Of a DNA stretch of 64,000 nt, positions 1-12,242 are shown piece after piece. The number at the start of each line of letters is the position of its first letter. The first letter of the stretch is position 1. The stretch comes from Spizellomyces punctatus DAOM BR117 (lineage: Eukaryota), in assembly GCA_000182565.2 (NCBI GenBank), contig KQ257469.1. The stretch is one strand, 5' to 3'. A program made the position numbers and the translations under genes. Below the pieces are notes generated by a model. It was not told the origin of the DNA. It did no database searches and saw only the letters and a program-made list of their open reading frames with translations.

Positions 1-1
1 A

Positions 2-3000
2 TTGCGGAGAGTCTTTAAGAAGCCTTTGACCATATCAAATACGGGAAATTTGGGCGTAGAATATCACCTGCGACCAGAACCAACTGACGGTGATTGGACT
101 GTTTATAAGGATGAATTCAAGAGGAAGTCACAACTGAAATCCCCACAGACTGTCGATGTAAACGAGCAACCACAGGCTGATATAGTTGAAGACGCCGTCA
201 AAACCGAGACGGAGGTGCCTGAGGAGCCATTCTGGGTCTCGCAGCTTGCTGCACTCGGCTTCACTTTAAAAAACCCCAACGGATATTGCAAACCTTACGG
301 GAAAACGGATATCATAATTCAATACTCTCCTTCTGTAGAATCGCTTGTGGCAACACGGCTGCGAGTTTACTTTGGCGAAGAGTTTGAGGATGTCGAAATA
401 TGCGGTCGGGCGTCCGTCCCTCGATTAACAATTTATGGCCCGTCCAACGAGTTGCTTGGGGGTGCTCCGCAAGAGATTCGAACGGTGGATCTCGGGGTCC
501 ACCCGATCAACTCGGAACACGTTCATACGTTGCAGTTAAGAAACGATGGGCCGTTCGGGGTCGATTACCTGGTTCAGCCTATTGGTATCCGGGAATTTGA
601 TGTGCAGCCACTTCGCGGATTTATTCTTCCTGGAATATCGAAGCCTCTTCGAGTTTACTTTCGACCCAATTCGGAAAACAAGTTCCAAACTACTATGAAG
701 GTGCTGTGGGAGAAAGAGCCACTACGCTTGCACCTAGTGGCAAGAGGCGGCATCGGCAAACTAGAGATTGTCTACGCAGATGAGAAGGACCTGGCCATAA
801 ACGGACTAGACTTTGGCATGGTGCCTTTCAATAGCTCAGCGGAAAAGCACTTCTTCCTGTATAACGTGGGAATGGTTGAGATCTCGATGCAGGCGGATAT
901 CGACAATGATGAATACGCCATGTCCATCTTAGGTGATCCCACGCCGTACCATCCGCAAAAAAATGTGAAGCCCCAGTCCCCTACCAAACGTACGGTTTGG
1001 AATTGGTATTCTACGTTGCGAACGGTGATACCTCCTGGCACTGGAGTTGAGGTTGTAGCTCGCTTTATTGCGCGATCGCCCACAGTTTCGGCGGGCAATG
1101 TGCAGGTCAGATCTGAAGGCGGCTCCTTTATCGTACCAATGCGAGGGAAAGGAGGCACCATTCAAATTTCCCATAAAGGCGATCTTAACATGGGCGATAT
1201 TGCAACTAACTACACTTACTCTCGTAAAATTGTCATCGTCAATAGCGGATCTATACCATCGAGTTTGACAGCCGAGTGGCTAGTTGTAGGTCATTCAAGC
1301 GAACCATCCTCGGCGTTTATTCAACTGGCGGACAATTTCACTGCATTGGACCCACGATCTAGGTGGGCAAAACAACAACTTTGCCGGGAGCGCGGAGTTG
1401 CGGAGATTACCATGAATGCAAAGGATCGCTGGCGACTGATTGCTCTTATGATACGGAAGGCAGAAGTATTGGAAGACGATACTATCAGCGGGGATCCCCT
1501 TAGTAAACTGTGGGGATCAACCCTTGGAAAAATCCGAACCTTAATGCAGCAAACTCCAGTCGCCCAGCAACCTCCTTCGGCAGCCAATACAAGTAGCTCT
1601 CTTAACTCTCAGGTGGACAGTAGCGCTACAAATAGTGCGACCAGTGTCCAGCCAGGCCGCGCAAGCTTGACCGGGGGCCCTAGTCAGAGCGTTTTGCAAA
1701 AGAAGGGTCTTCCCGCTCACTATTCCGCTCAATTCAAGCGCCGTCAAATGTTTTTCCATCTTATCACGAACACACAGCTGACGAGCCAATCACTACCTAC
1801 GACAAGACCGTACATTAAAGTGGAGCCAGCCACATGCATTCTGCCCAGCTATGGAGAAGTCACCTTGAACGTGGAGATCAACTTGGCTACTGAAGACACA
1901 TTCTTGGCGACTCTCGTGATTCGACCAAGCGTGCTAAACACTCCTCCTCACGAAATCTCCCTCACGGCTACACCAAAGGCGGTAAATATAGTCTGTGACG
2001 ACACCCGGATTCTGAACTTCCACAGGCAACCGCTTGGTGAATCAGAAATCATTACACGGGCATTTACAAACGTCGGACATAAGGACGTCAATTTCCGTAT
2101 AATCAATCCCAACGCCGCCTTGAATGTTTATCCAATCAAGGGCTCGCTCAAAATCGGGCAGACCGTCACTGTTCGATTTACATTCAAGCCTGTAGATGAA
2201 TCGCTCCAAACCGGGGATGTGATCTTCGAGCCTGACATTTCGCAGCCAATTCGATTAAAGATGTATGGTGGAGGTGGACATACGAAAGCTTCCCTTTCTA
2301 GATATCGACGCTTCGATTTTGGACATTGCATGATAGGAAAGGACACTGTATCTTTCCTTCCTATAACTAATGAAGGAAATGCGATACTGCACCTGACTCG
2401 TTTCGAGCTGCTCGAGACGGACACATTTTTCAAAGGTTTGGACTGGCCAACCAGGAGGGTATCCTTATTCCCGGGAAAAATGTACAACTTGCCCATTGTA
2501 TTCAATCCTCACGAGGAGAGTCCTGCGCCTGGACGACTGGTCGTTGGCACAAATGCCGAAGCCTGGGAAATTGAACTGATTGGCCTCGGCAGGGAGGCGG
2601 TTCTAATTGTCTCAAAAGTTGCTTTGGAATTCTCTGAATGCTTGATCGGCAACTCATATGAACAGAAGCTTGGACTAAAGAACGTCGGCGATGTGAACTA
2701 CCCTGTAACTTTCAAACTGGAGAAAGAGTTTCCTGATATCGAATTTATCCCACCGTCTCTGATTATCAATCCGTTCAGTGAAAGCGAGGTCATCATCGCC
2801 TATACGCCTTCAAGAGAAACAAAGAGCACGGTTGTGCTCACCGTATCTTCGCCGTATAGTACCCATAAGGTGCCCCTTGTGTTGCATGCTGGCACAGCTC
2901 ATTTGCAGTTTGTTACCGAAGAACTAGACTTCGGAATGTTTGAAAGAACAACCACCCCAAGCGTGAAGCTTGCGATGAAGAATATTGGAACGGTGCGGAC

Positions 3001-5028
3001 AAGCTACAGCATTCGAGATGTTGCGAAGCCATCAATGTTCAGCATTGCCCACGGCAAGGGGATACTTCAGCCAGGGAAGAGTGTGGAAGTCGTAGTAACC
3101 CACATTAAACACGAAGTTGCTCAATTTGAGGAGAAGCTTGCTGTTCGTACCGACTTGATCGATAAGATTTATTACATCAAAGTCAAAGGACAATGTGAAG
3201 AAGCTATCCTTCATGCTGAAGAGTTCAATATCTTGAATATGGGAACCTGTCCCGTTTTAGAAAACACGTCCAAACCCGTCTCATTCACTAATTATGGATG
3301 TTTTCCGCTGGAATTCTCAGTTAAGAGTGCGTATCCTCTGAAAGTTGCACCTGTTAGCGGCATAGTACCTGGAGGAGAAACAGGCACCTTTCGCGTGACT
3401 TGGAATCCCTCCGGTGGCTACGAACTCCGAACGCATGTTTCAATAATGACCAACATTGGAAACTTCAACATTGTTGTTCGGGGTAAGGCGGCATTCCCGG
3501 AACTTGCTGTTAAGAACATGTACCTTGATTTTGGGGTCTGTGCTATCGGTCACATGTACAAAGAGGCCTTCGCGATAACGAACAAAGGAAAAGTACCTGT
3601 GAACTTCTCAATACTTCCGCCGCGCGAAAGTACGTACTCGGTATCAACAAACCAAGGTAGTTTGGAGCCGAAAGAAACGAAAGACGTTGAGGTCTTTTTC
3701 AAGCCAACTAGTGCGGGCAGATTTGCGCACACGTTCACCATTGAATGCAAGGGAATAAATAACAAAGAGATTGTTGTTGTTGGGGTCGGCGGAGGAATGA
3801 AGCTCGAATTCTCACCGAGCACGCTCGATCTCGGTAAGTAAGATGGCTATCCAGCGGCGCGTAATGGGCATAGATCAACGTTTTGACTGTATCCGACGCT
3901 AGGACGGTGTCCCTGTGAGCTGTATGTCTACCATAGTTTGCTGCTTACCAACAAAGGGGATGTAACGCTTTATATCGCGTTCAAACCCGCTGACTCGGCC
4001 TCCCAAGAGTGCTCAATGACAATGCCAGAGCCCATTGTACTAAAGCCGAACCGTACTACAAAGTGTTTCTTTGGTGTGATGGCTAAAACTGTAGGCCCCT
4101 TCAACTCCAAGATCGCAATACACACGAAGGAGAAATCATACGCTGTAAATGTTACTGGTAAGTAGAACCCTGTTAGCCTATACGAGGAACGTGTTTCCCA
4201 CGTAGCGGCCCGTAGGAATCGGAATCAGGATCGTCTTGACCCAAAGAAGCAAGGAGATACTAGAAGGCGAGAAGCTGACAGCCGTAAGTTGACGTTAATT
4301 TCAAACTGGTTTCATTGTCTAACAAGTCGCCTCTTAGTTGACACCCCCAGGTCCCTTGGGGAAAGAAATAAGCTTCGGTGCTATTGATGACTGGCTGAAA
4401 AGGCTTGGGAAGCGTTTTAAATTTGATACAAATGAAGCACTACACGCTGTTAGCCAGCTTCCAGTGCTGGCTACAGATGATTCGCTCAAAGCCTCGGTAA
4501 GGTTTCCCACTGCTTTTAGCTTTTCTTAATGTCTGCAGTTATTGCGAGATCATGCTCACAGTTTGCAATTAGTTGAGCGGGATCAAAACAGAGGACCCCA
4601 AACCTGAACCTGTGGTTGAAGAGGATCCTCTCGTTCAACAGATTTTGGATTATCCAAAAGTGCAGGTATAGGGTGTGGCGGAGCTGGAGCAACTTCCAAG
4701 ATAAGCAATAATAATCACCCTTTGACGCTCGATAGATCCGTCAGATCGGAATGGAACCAATAGTCCAGATCAATGAACCGGACTTAGACATTGATTTGGA
4801 CCTCATACTTGGACGGCCACCACCGTTTAAAAAGGAAGAGAAGGTACAGTCGGGAGCAATCTATTAAACGCTCTACACTAGACTGACAGCACGGCTCAAC
4901 AGATCCCCGAGCTTAAAATCGAGAATGTAAAGAGCCAAAAGCGCGACTACATGACATCCCTTCCTCTACAGAGGTGGGCACGTAATGCACGAACAGTGGA
5001 CTCTTTCAAGGAGCGGCTACAATGGTAG
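2..5028 (+). CDS. Very large multi-ASH/PapD(Ig)-like repeat axonemal protein, HYDIN/CFAP47/DLEC1-like (5' end outside window)
   Basis: 1279-aa ORF with repeated ~100-aa units (LDFG..., L.N.G, .P..G.L.PG, V.F.P). It continues through short GT-AG-bounded exons (3903-4157, 4216-4283, from 4338, 4573-4665, 4736-4843, 4903-5028) to TAG at 5026-5028. Exact orthology cannot be determined by eye. Confidence 0.7.
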
Positions 5029-5244
5029 ATTATGGACTTCTGTATATAACCGGCCTACACAACTTCAATGTACATAAACCAAGAGGATAGATGATTACAT
5101 TCCCATTCCCCCATCTTTGCCCATCATATACAACGGAATTTATCATTAAGTATTTGAGCGGATGCTGACAGCCTTCCCTTGCCAGCCCGAGAATTCCCCT
5201 TATAATAGAATTCCTCTTCATATTTGACCAAAAGCGATTGCTGC

Positions 5245-6625
5245 TCACGCAGCAGGCATACTTTTGGGTTTACATTCTTGTTCCCCAAGGCTCCTGATGA
5301 AGATACTGTCTGGCGGATGACTGTAACAAAGTTAGCAGGCGTCTACGTCACGTAACAGATAATATTTTCAAACATACTCTTTTTCTCCTTCATCGTAGGT
5401 ATAGCTGGAAGCAACCGCAAGCAAACTACCATCGCAATTGAACGAAAGCGACGATATACTGGTTGGATACCGCGGATATTGTCGCAACCGTTTTTTGTTA
5501 TATCCATCCCACACATTTACAACGCCATCTGATCCTCCAGACGCAAACGTACCGAAACTAACCGTTTCCAAGCTGAGTTTTAGCAAAAAAAAAGACACGG
5601 AATGCACACATCATATGACCACAAACCTAGGATGAAAGGCCAGAGCATTCACTGCATATACATAATCTACCCCATCAACGGTCTGACGATGGCACTTGAA
5701 CGCGTACTTCTTGAGCTGACTTGCTGGTTCAAACACCTCGACCGCAATCCGACCTTCGATTGATCCACTTGCAAAACCTGACATCCGTGTAAGACTCATA
5801 TATGCCATATCTCCAATGTCTTTTGATTACCTTCACCATTAGGCAGACAGCGGACTGCTCTTGTCATGAACTTCAGAGCACTTTCCCGGCACTGTAGCGA
5901 CTCTTTCATGTTCCGAATGTCGTAAATGCATACGCTCCTTCCAGCCATAGCCACAACGAGGGTGTAATCCACAACATCAAGAGAGAAAACCTTGGCCGGT
6001 TGCGCATATTTCCCCAAGGACGCATTTGTGCGGGGATCCCAGACACCGACATGTTTGTCCCAACTGCCCGTTATGATCTGGCCTAGTCCGCGCCAAGGGT
6101 TAGCGTCCAAAGAAGTAATAAATCATCAAGAGACCTACCAGTCCGCTTTGCATATTCCACGCAACGAATGGCGTCCTCGTGGCTCCCAATGACGCTCTGA
6201 CCAGGCGCATTTAAATCCATGCTGGAAGGATATTGGTTGAGTCCATGCGGCTACATATCCGGCGCTTTCGAATGTTCTTTACCTCTTGAGCTTACGATCC
6301 AACCCGACACTAAACCCGTGATCCCCGTCGGAGAAGCAAATGTCCAACACTGGCGCTTTGTCAAGCCACTCTTGCCGCAATTCATCAGAGCTTACATCGT
6401 AAAGACGAATTTTCTATTGATTGGAGATATATAAGCTCTTCATAACCAAGTACGAATAGTTCGTAGACAAAAGAGCGCTCAATCTGGCAGAGGAGATCGT
6501 ACCTTGTCCCAACTAGCAGTTAGAAGGAGCGAAGGATTTTCTGGACTGAATTGCAAGCTTGATATCCCATCTGTTGGTGGGTTGCTTAACTCAAAGCCTA
6601 AATTGGCGGTGGTGCTCGTCGCCAT
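5245..6625 (-). CDS. BUB3: Spindle checkpoint WD40 protein BUB3
   Basis: Motifs [82 protein letters not shown]. Multi-exon; last exon HPPDSIFIR...PAA*. Confidence 0.92.
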
Positions 6626-6679
6626 TTTGCAGGACAGACTTCGAAGGATGCGCAAGTCGAGTCTCAATGATCAGGTTCT

Positions 6680-6693
6680 GTTGGCATAGCAAC
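6680..6693. promoter_or_regulatory. RFX X-box-like element in the BUB3/SS18-like divergent promoter
   Basis: GTTGGCATAGCAAC, one mismatch from GTTGCCATAGCAAC, in a 138-bp head-to-head gap. Confidence 0.45.
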
Positions 6694-6763
6694 AATGCTG
6701 CGCACAAGGCTGCGATACATTCTGGACATTGAGAGTTTCTGGTGGTGTGATCAACGAGCCAGA

Positions 6764-9700
6764 ATGCAGCAGCAGCAGGACGACCTCAGGCCGGCCGTTT
6801 TACCAGTCTCTGGCGCAACTGCGTACGTGAACAATGCAGTGGGTCCAGGTACGTCTTTATGTCCTTTTGTGGCCGGACGGGGCCACCGCCTGTATGGGGG
6901 CAGTTTCCATGAAGTTTTGCCCTCTGGGTTGCGGACCTCGCAAAGAGGAACTCTCTCAGCAGCAGATATTTGTAGAGAACAGATGTCATGGTTCACTATG
7001 GGCTAATCATTCCTGGTCTGGTTTTCCAGGCACTGCGACTTTCGCAAGTTTTCAACAGTATCCAGGTATAACAACGTTGTCAACACCAGTGCCAGGAACT
7101 GCATATGCGATTGGTATGGCCAACATGCCGCAAACCATGCCGCAAACCATGGTTTACAACACGTATCAACAACCGCAAATGCTTCAGAATGCGCTCCCTC
7201 CATCCTTGCCACTCCAGCAGCAATCTTTCCACTTTCAAGCACAACAACAGGCACCGTCGCAATATGCACAAGTTCAGCCGCAGATACCATCTACTAGTTT
7301 GGTTCCTCTCGCCCATAATCAGGCGTTTGGGCCGGCTGGGTTTCCGCAGCAGGTAGCATATATGCCGCATCAGACTTCCGTGCGACCGAATCCCGGGCCA
7401 CCGCGGTTGGATGCAACTCCAACAGCATCAAACCCACAGACACAAATTGCTGTCGCTCCCATTGTGATACCAAAGGAAACGGACGCTACAGCACGGGAAG
7501 TACCAGTTAGCCCAAATTTTAGTCATAGTACAATTGAGAAGGTTCGTCAGTCGTAAACAGTTATGGCCTTGGCCATTTGAGTTTATCTGATCCCTGCATT
7601 CCACCCGTAGATCCTCAAGATTAACCAACATTTAATAAGGATATTACTTGAGTACCAGAACAATGGCTGGACGGGAGAACCTGAATACAAGCCGTAAGCA
7701 TGAATAGATATCAAACACTGGATTTGAACGGATATACTGAGCCGCTCTTCGCACAGATATCAAGAACGACTGCAAACAAATCTCACATACCTAGCAACTG
7801 TAGCGGACTGGGTATTGAAAGCTGTAAGAAAGATGCATGTCTTGAGTAACTCTTTGTGTCCCCGTTCATAATGTCGTATTTATCGTTCTAGCCTCAGGGA
7901 GCTACAAAAGGACAGACTCCTCCTGCGCTACCAGAGATGTCTCCGGTTGTGTATCCATCACGTCTCCAGCATCTTTCGATTACCAACGGCACATCAAATA
8001 AGACAACCATTAGTCACAATGATGTGAAGCCGTCCGTGACACCGCCAGGACCAGTGTCCGTACCTGCAATGAATATCCACCAGGGCAAACCCATTAGGTC
8101 CCCAGTGCCTTCCGCTGGCATGTTTACCAGCGTGTCGGCACAGCAAGATCAGAAAACGCCCCTGCAACGGCAGGAAGAACAACTGGAATTGCAGAGACGG
8201 ATTCTTCAACAGCAACACCTCCAGGCACAACCACAGCAGCAGCATCAGCAGCATCAGCAACATCAGCAACATCAGCAGCTTCAACAGCTTCAACAGCTTC
8301 AACAACATCAATATCCACAACAACGACAGCACCAGCACCGAGCACACGCACAACCGCAGATACAAGCGCATATGCCGCAACCACAAGTATCGCCGCAGCA
8401 CTCACGCGCTCAACAGTTGCAGAGTCAGTACGTACACCACCAGCAGATTCCGCAGCAATATATTCAACAGCAGCAACACCGCGGCACAGAGTTATCGTCG
8501 CCGACGCCAGGCGTGGGCACGGCACCCACAGGTGGATTGCTTGGTTTATCCTTGCGCGGCTCTATGCCTGCTGGTGTCCTTACATCTGCACCTGGAACCA
8601 ACGGGTTGCAAACGTCGGCGCTAGTTTCAACCTTGGCTACTGAAGTCCAAAACGTAACTACTCCGAATGCAAATTTCCACAACGCCAGCGTCGCTGCCTT
8701 TCCGCAAGATAAATCGCGCATTCTCCCAACGGTTCCAACATCTCTCAACATGAATTTTGCGCACTCAATGCCCATGTCTAACAGCGCGGATTCTGCAGCA
8801 TCATCTAGTCCGTCGCCTTATGTGGGCGGTTCTCTGTCTTCCAATTCAAACGCGTTTGCTCCTTCGACTACCTTACCAAATACACAGCCGTCTGTAGCTT
8901 TGGCCAACACGCAAGTTGACAGACGGGCTAGTGAAACCAACCTGGAAGGGCCCATGGAGAGCGGCACGCCGACCGGAACTAATACTAGTGAAGTCGAGCC
9001 TAACCCCGCCTTGCTCGCGATTGCCGGTAGGAAGAGGTCTATCCCGGATTCCGAAGATCTAGTAGTCACAGAAAGAACTGGATTTCCTCCCGATGAAATA
9101 GTTGACAGTGAAATTCAGACGTTGAAGTCGCCCATCCTACCTGAAGTTCCTGCAACGGCCGAAATGCAGCCAACTGAATATCTTGAGATGGAGCCTTCAG
9201 GAGCGCCAAATATGGACAGCAGCGGTTCATTTGAAGTCGGTGGCGTGTCTGATCCCGTAATTCATAAACCAGGAAATAGTCCTGAAACCGACGGACCAGA
9301 ATCAGGTACTGTGGGACACGAAGTGCCTGGCGGGGAGCAGAGTCCAATTAGTGATGAATCGCCTGATATCCATCCGAGAACTTCTCCTTTCGACACCTTG
9401 GAGGGCCCTTTTGCGAATGAGGGCTCCAATGCAGAGATGGAAAGTGAGCACTTGCCTGCTGATATACCAGAAGAAGAGGAGTTAGCACATCCTGTTGATT
9501 ATGATGCAAAAGATCAGCAATCATCCAGCGTTTCTTGCAAGTCTGCGGAGGACGTCTCCGTATCCGAAATTGGAAACCCCCAACATACAGCCGACATCAC
9601 AGAGAAAGAGGACTGGCTGCAAGGACAATCGGTGGAGGATCGGCCTATTGAAGACGCTGCTACTCCAATAGTCGAGGGACAGGATCAAGCGGATGGAGAT

Positions 9701-9826
9701 GCCATGAGTGACAGAGAATCTACGGAATATCCGATTGAAGATACCGTGGGTCAAGAAAATGAAGCTCCTGATAAGAATTCAGATGGTGGGCTCTGGATGA
9801 ACATTGAACAACAGAAGGATGAATAG
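6764..9826 (+). CDS. SS18/SYT/GIF-family (SSXT/SNH domain) Q/P-rich protein, putative SWI/SNF-associated coactivator
   Basis: Exons 6764-6848, 7030-7541, 7611-7693, 7757-7823 and 7892-9826 splice in frame. The small exons give IEKILKINQHLIRILLEYQNNG...YQERLQTNLTYLATVAD, matching the SSXT/SNH pattern. The rest is poly-Q, S/T-rich and acidic low complexity. Confidence 0.78.
8208..8340 (+). repeat. Coding CAG/CAA/CAT imperfect repeat (poly-Q/H tract)
   Basis: cagcagcatcagcagcatcagcaacatcagcaacatcagcagcttcaacagcttcaacagcttcaac encodes QQHQQHQQHQQHQQLQQLQQLQQ. Confidence 0.8.
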
Positions 9827-10000
9827 TGGGGGACAATTTGATGGTTCTGTCTCACGTATTCCATCCAAGAAAACGGCACATTTACCGCATCATGATGCAT
9901 ATTGTGGTGAAATGAGTAGTCTCTCATGTAGACCTGTAGATTCTCCTATAAATAATACAAACCATTCAACCGATATCTATCACGCTATATCCTTTGCTGC

Positions 10001-10552
10001 CTACAAAAGCCTCGACAGAACCCGGCCAACCGGCGCAAAGGTGTTGGTGACCATTCGGGATAGTGTGGATGGTGATGGGCCTGACGTCACACGAGATGCA
10101 CTGGTAGATATAAAGAACGGCGAGTTCAGCCTACTTGATGAAACTACTTTTAACTACTTCCTTCCTTACCAAACCACTCACCTTGAAAATTCTCTCATCC
10201 TCAACCACCTTCCGTTCAACCGCTTTGCAGTGCTTCGATTGGTATGCGTCCTCTGCCCATTCACTGGTAATCCAGCCTTATGCCGGGCACCGCGGTAACT
10301 CCCCATCTGAACCATAGCCCCAATCCTGTTTCTTGTCTCTCTCTTCAGTTCAGCGTCAATTTGCATGGTATTCAATAAAGCGGATAGTTTCGTGACTTTG
10401 TCTTCGGGAAGATCCTTAAGTCGGCATCGAGGATGTATTCCAAGCTTATGACAAATGGTTTGACCAGTCTTCAATCCCACCCCATATATTCTGGTGAGGG
10501 CTATAGAGACGACTTTGTCGTCCGGGAGATTGACACCCAGAAGGTACAGCAT
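10001..10552 (-). CDS. Mitochondrial ribosomal protein uS13m (Sws2-like)
   Basis: MLYLLGVNLP...ALTRIYGVG, MGSYRGARHKAGLPVNGQRTHTN (S13 signature). Unspliced stop at 10178. A possible intron 10181-10131 would extend the CDS to 10001. Confidence 0.9.
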
Positions 10553-10609
10553 TGTTTGAGGTGCAGCAGATCTGTGGTTGACGTCTGGCATGTCTGTTCA
10601 AAGTCTTGT

Positions 10610-10623
10610 GTTGCTATGACAAC
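10610..10623. promoter_or_regulatory. RFX X-box-like element in the uS13m/TPK divergent promoter
   Basis: GTTGCTATGACAAC, an imperfect palindrome fitting GTTGCYATRRCAAC. Confidence 0.5.
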
Positions 10624-10686
10624 TTGTGACGCGATCAGCACTTGGGTAAGGTTGGGCATGGCTTGCTCTCAAACAATAGACATCCC

Positions 10687-11938
10687 ATGACAGACCATGT
10701 ACTTGCCCGGAAGAAGACCGCTGGTAGAGAAACCTGGTGTGTGAGCAGATTCCTATCCTCGCATTCTTGCGATAGCGCGACTGGCGCGTCTTCTCAAAGC
10801 GCCCTGATCATTCTCAACCAACCCATATCCAACAAGTCGTATTTACAAAGAATATGGCATAACAGTTCGTTCAGTTCTTTTTCCTGCAACTTCTTTTCTT
10901 CAAATATTCAGATTCTATGCAAACATTCTGTTAGCTGCAATTCACTTTTGTGCTGACGGAGGTGCTAATCGACTGTATCACGCGTTTGAGGACAATGAGG
11001 AACGGGAAAGGTGAGAGTCATCCAGTTGTAGGGCACAGACATTCTCGTGATTTGAGGGAACTCAATGAGAATTGATTGATTGAAGATACATACCAGACTA
11101 TATCTGCGGAGATTTCGATTCCATTGATACAGCAGTCAAAGATTGGTATGCGGCAAAGGTAACGTAATTGTAGCGAAAGAAAACCGAAATAACACCTCGT
11201 AACAGCGAGTATCTCTAAGGGTACAATAATAGATAACTCGAAAGATCAAGATACCACTGATTTTCAGAAATGCCTGATGGTTTTGAACAATGTCTACGAG
11301 CCCACTCCAGAAAATGACACTCCACCGCCCGAAACGTCAACATTATCGAGACTTCTCTTTCCTCATTGTCTTTCTCCAACCCTCGTGTCTGCTGAGGTCT
11401 CTCCACCCTCTCCGTCAAAATATGAAGTAGTTGTACTTGGGGCCTTGTCCGGCCGCTTTGATCATATCATGTCAAGCATCCACACACTCTTCATGGTCGC
11501 ACCTGAGCGGAAAGTTTATTTGGTGTCAAGTGAAAGCGTGGCCTTTCTGCTGAGGCCGGTTAGTCATTAGGGTTTGTCACACTTTAGACCAGTCCCTGGT
11601 TGATGGACGCGACTCTTGCAGGGTATGCATGATATTCGGTGCAACACAGAAATCGAAGGACCAACCTGCGGGTTGATTCCTATAGGAGTAAACATCGCCA
11701 GAGTTGTCACGCAAGGCTTGAAATGGAATGTTGGTATGTAAAGTTAGTCCCGCCTGCCTGCTTGTTATCCCATTACGATCTCATACTGTTTTCCTCATTA
11801 GACCATTCTACACCATTATCTTTTCCTTCCCTTGTAAGCACTTCAAATGCATTTGCAGAAGGTTCCGGCAATGAGCCGGTTGTACATGTCGAAACGGATG
11901 CACCAGTCGTGTGGACAGTGGAGGTGAACATGCACTAA
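10687..11938 (+). CDS. THI80: Thiamine pyrophosphokinase
   Basis: Spliced exons give ALIILNQP, CADGGANRLY, PDYICGDFDS, DQDTTDFQKC, GALSGRFDHIMSSI, EGPTCGLIPIG, TQGLKWN, VSTSN. Confidence 0.93.
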
Positions 11939-12242
11939 ACAAAATCTAGTAGACATTTGGCACTTTTGGGCCACGCGTGCCGACAACGCATACTTGGCCT
12001 TGCAATAACACTGCATTCTTCTGGAACGTAAACTGCTGATACATTTTGGCAGCCGTTAAGCAGTACACGCCATCCTTCCGTATATACGTCAAATGTGGTG
12101 CACCCACACGCTCGCTCACATCCTGGGACACCATTGGGGACGGATTGAAACTGTTTGACAGAAATATAATACGTGTATTTACAAACCTCCTCGTCTGGAG
12201 ATTATATGTGTCGTCCATCGGATTGTCAAATATCTTCAACAG

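Noticed and set aside
7994..8525. Minus-strand poly-Leu/Val ORFs that look like membrane proteins
   Set aside because: They are reverse complements of the poly-Q coding tract.
10687..11938. Possible TPP riboswitch in the thiamine pyrophosphokinase introns/UTR
   Set aside because: No CTGAGA...CCTGA...TAAT...GCG.AGG aptamer pattern is visible, and the introns are too short.
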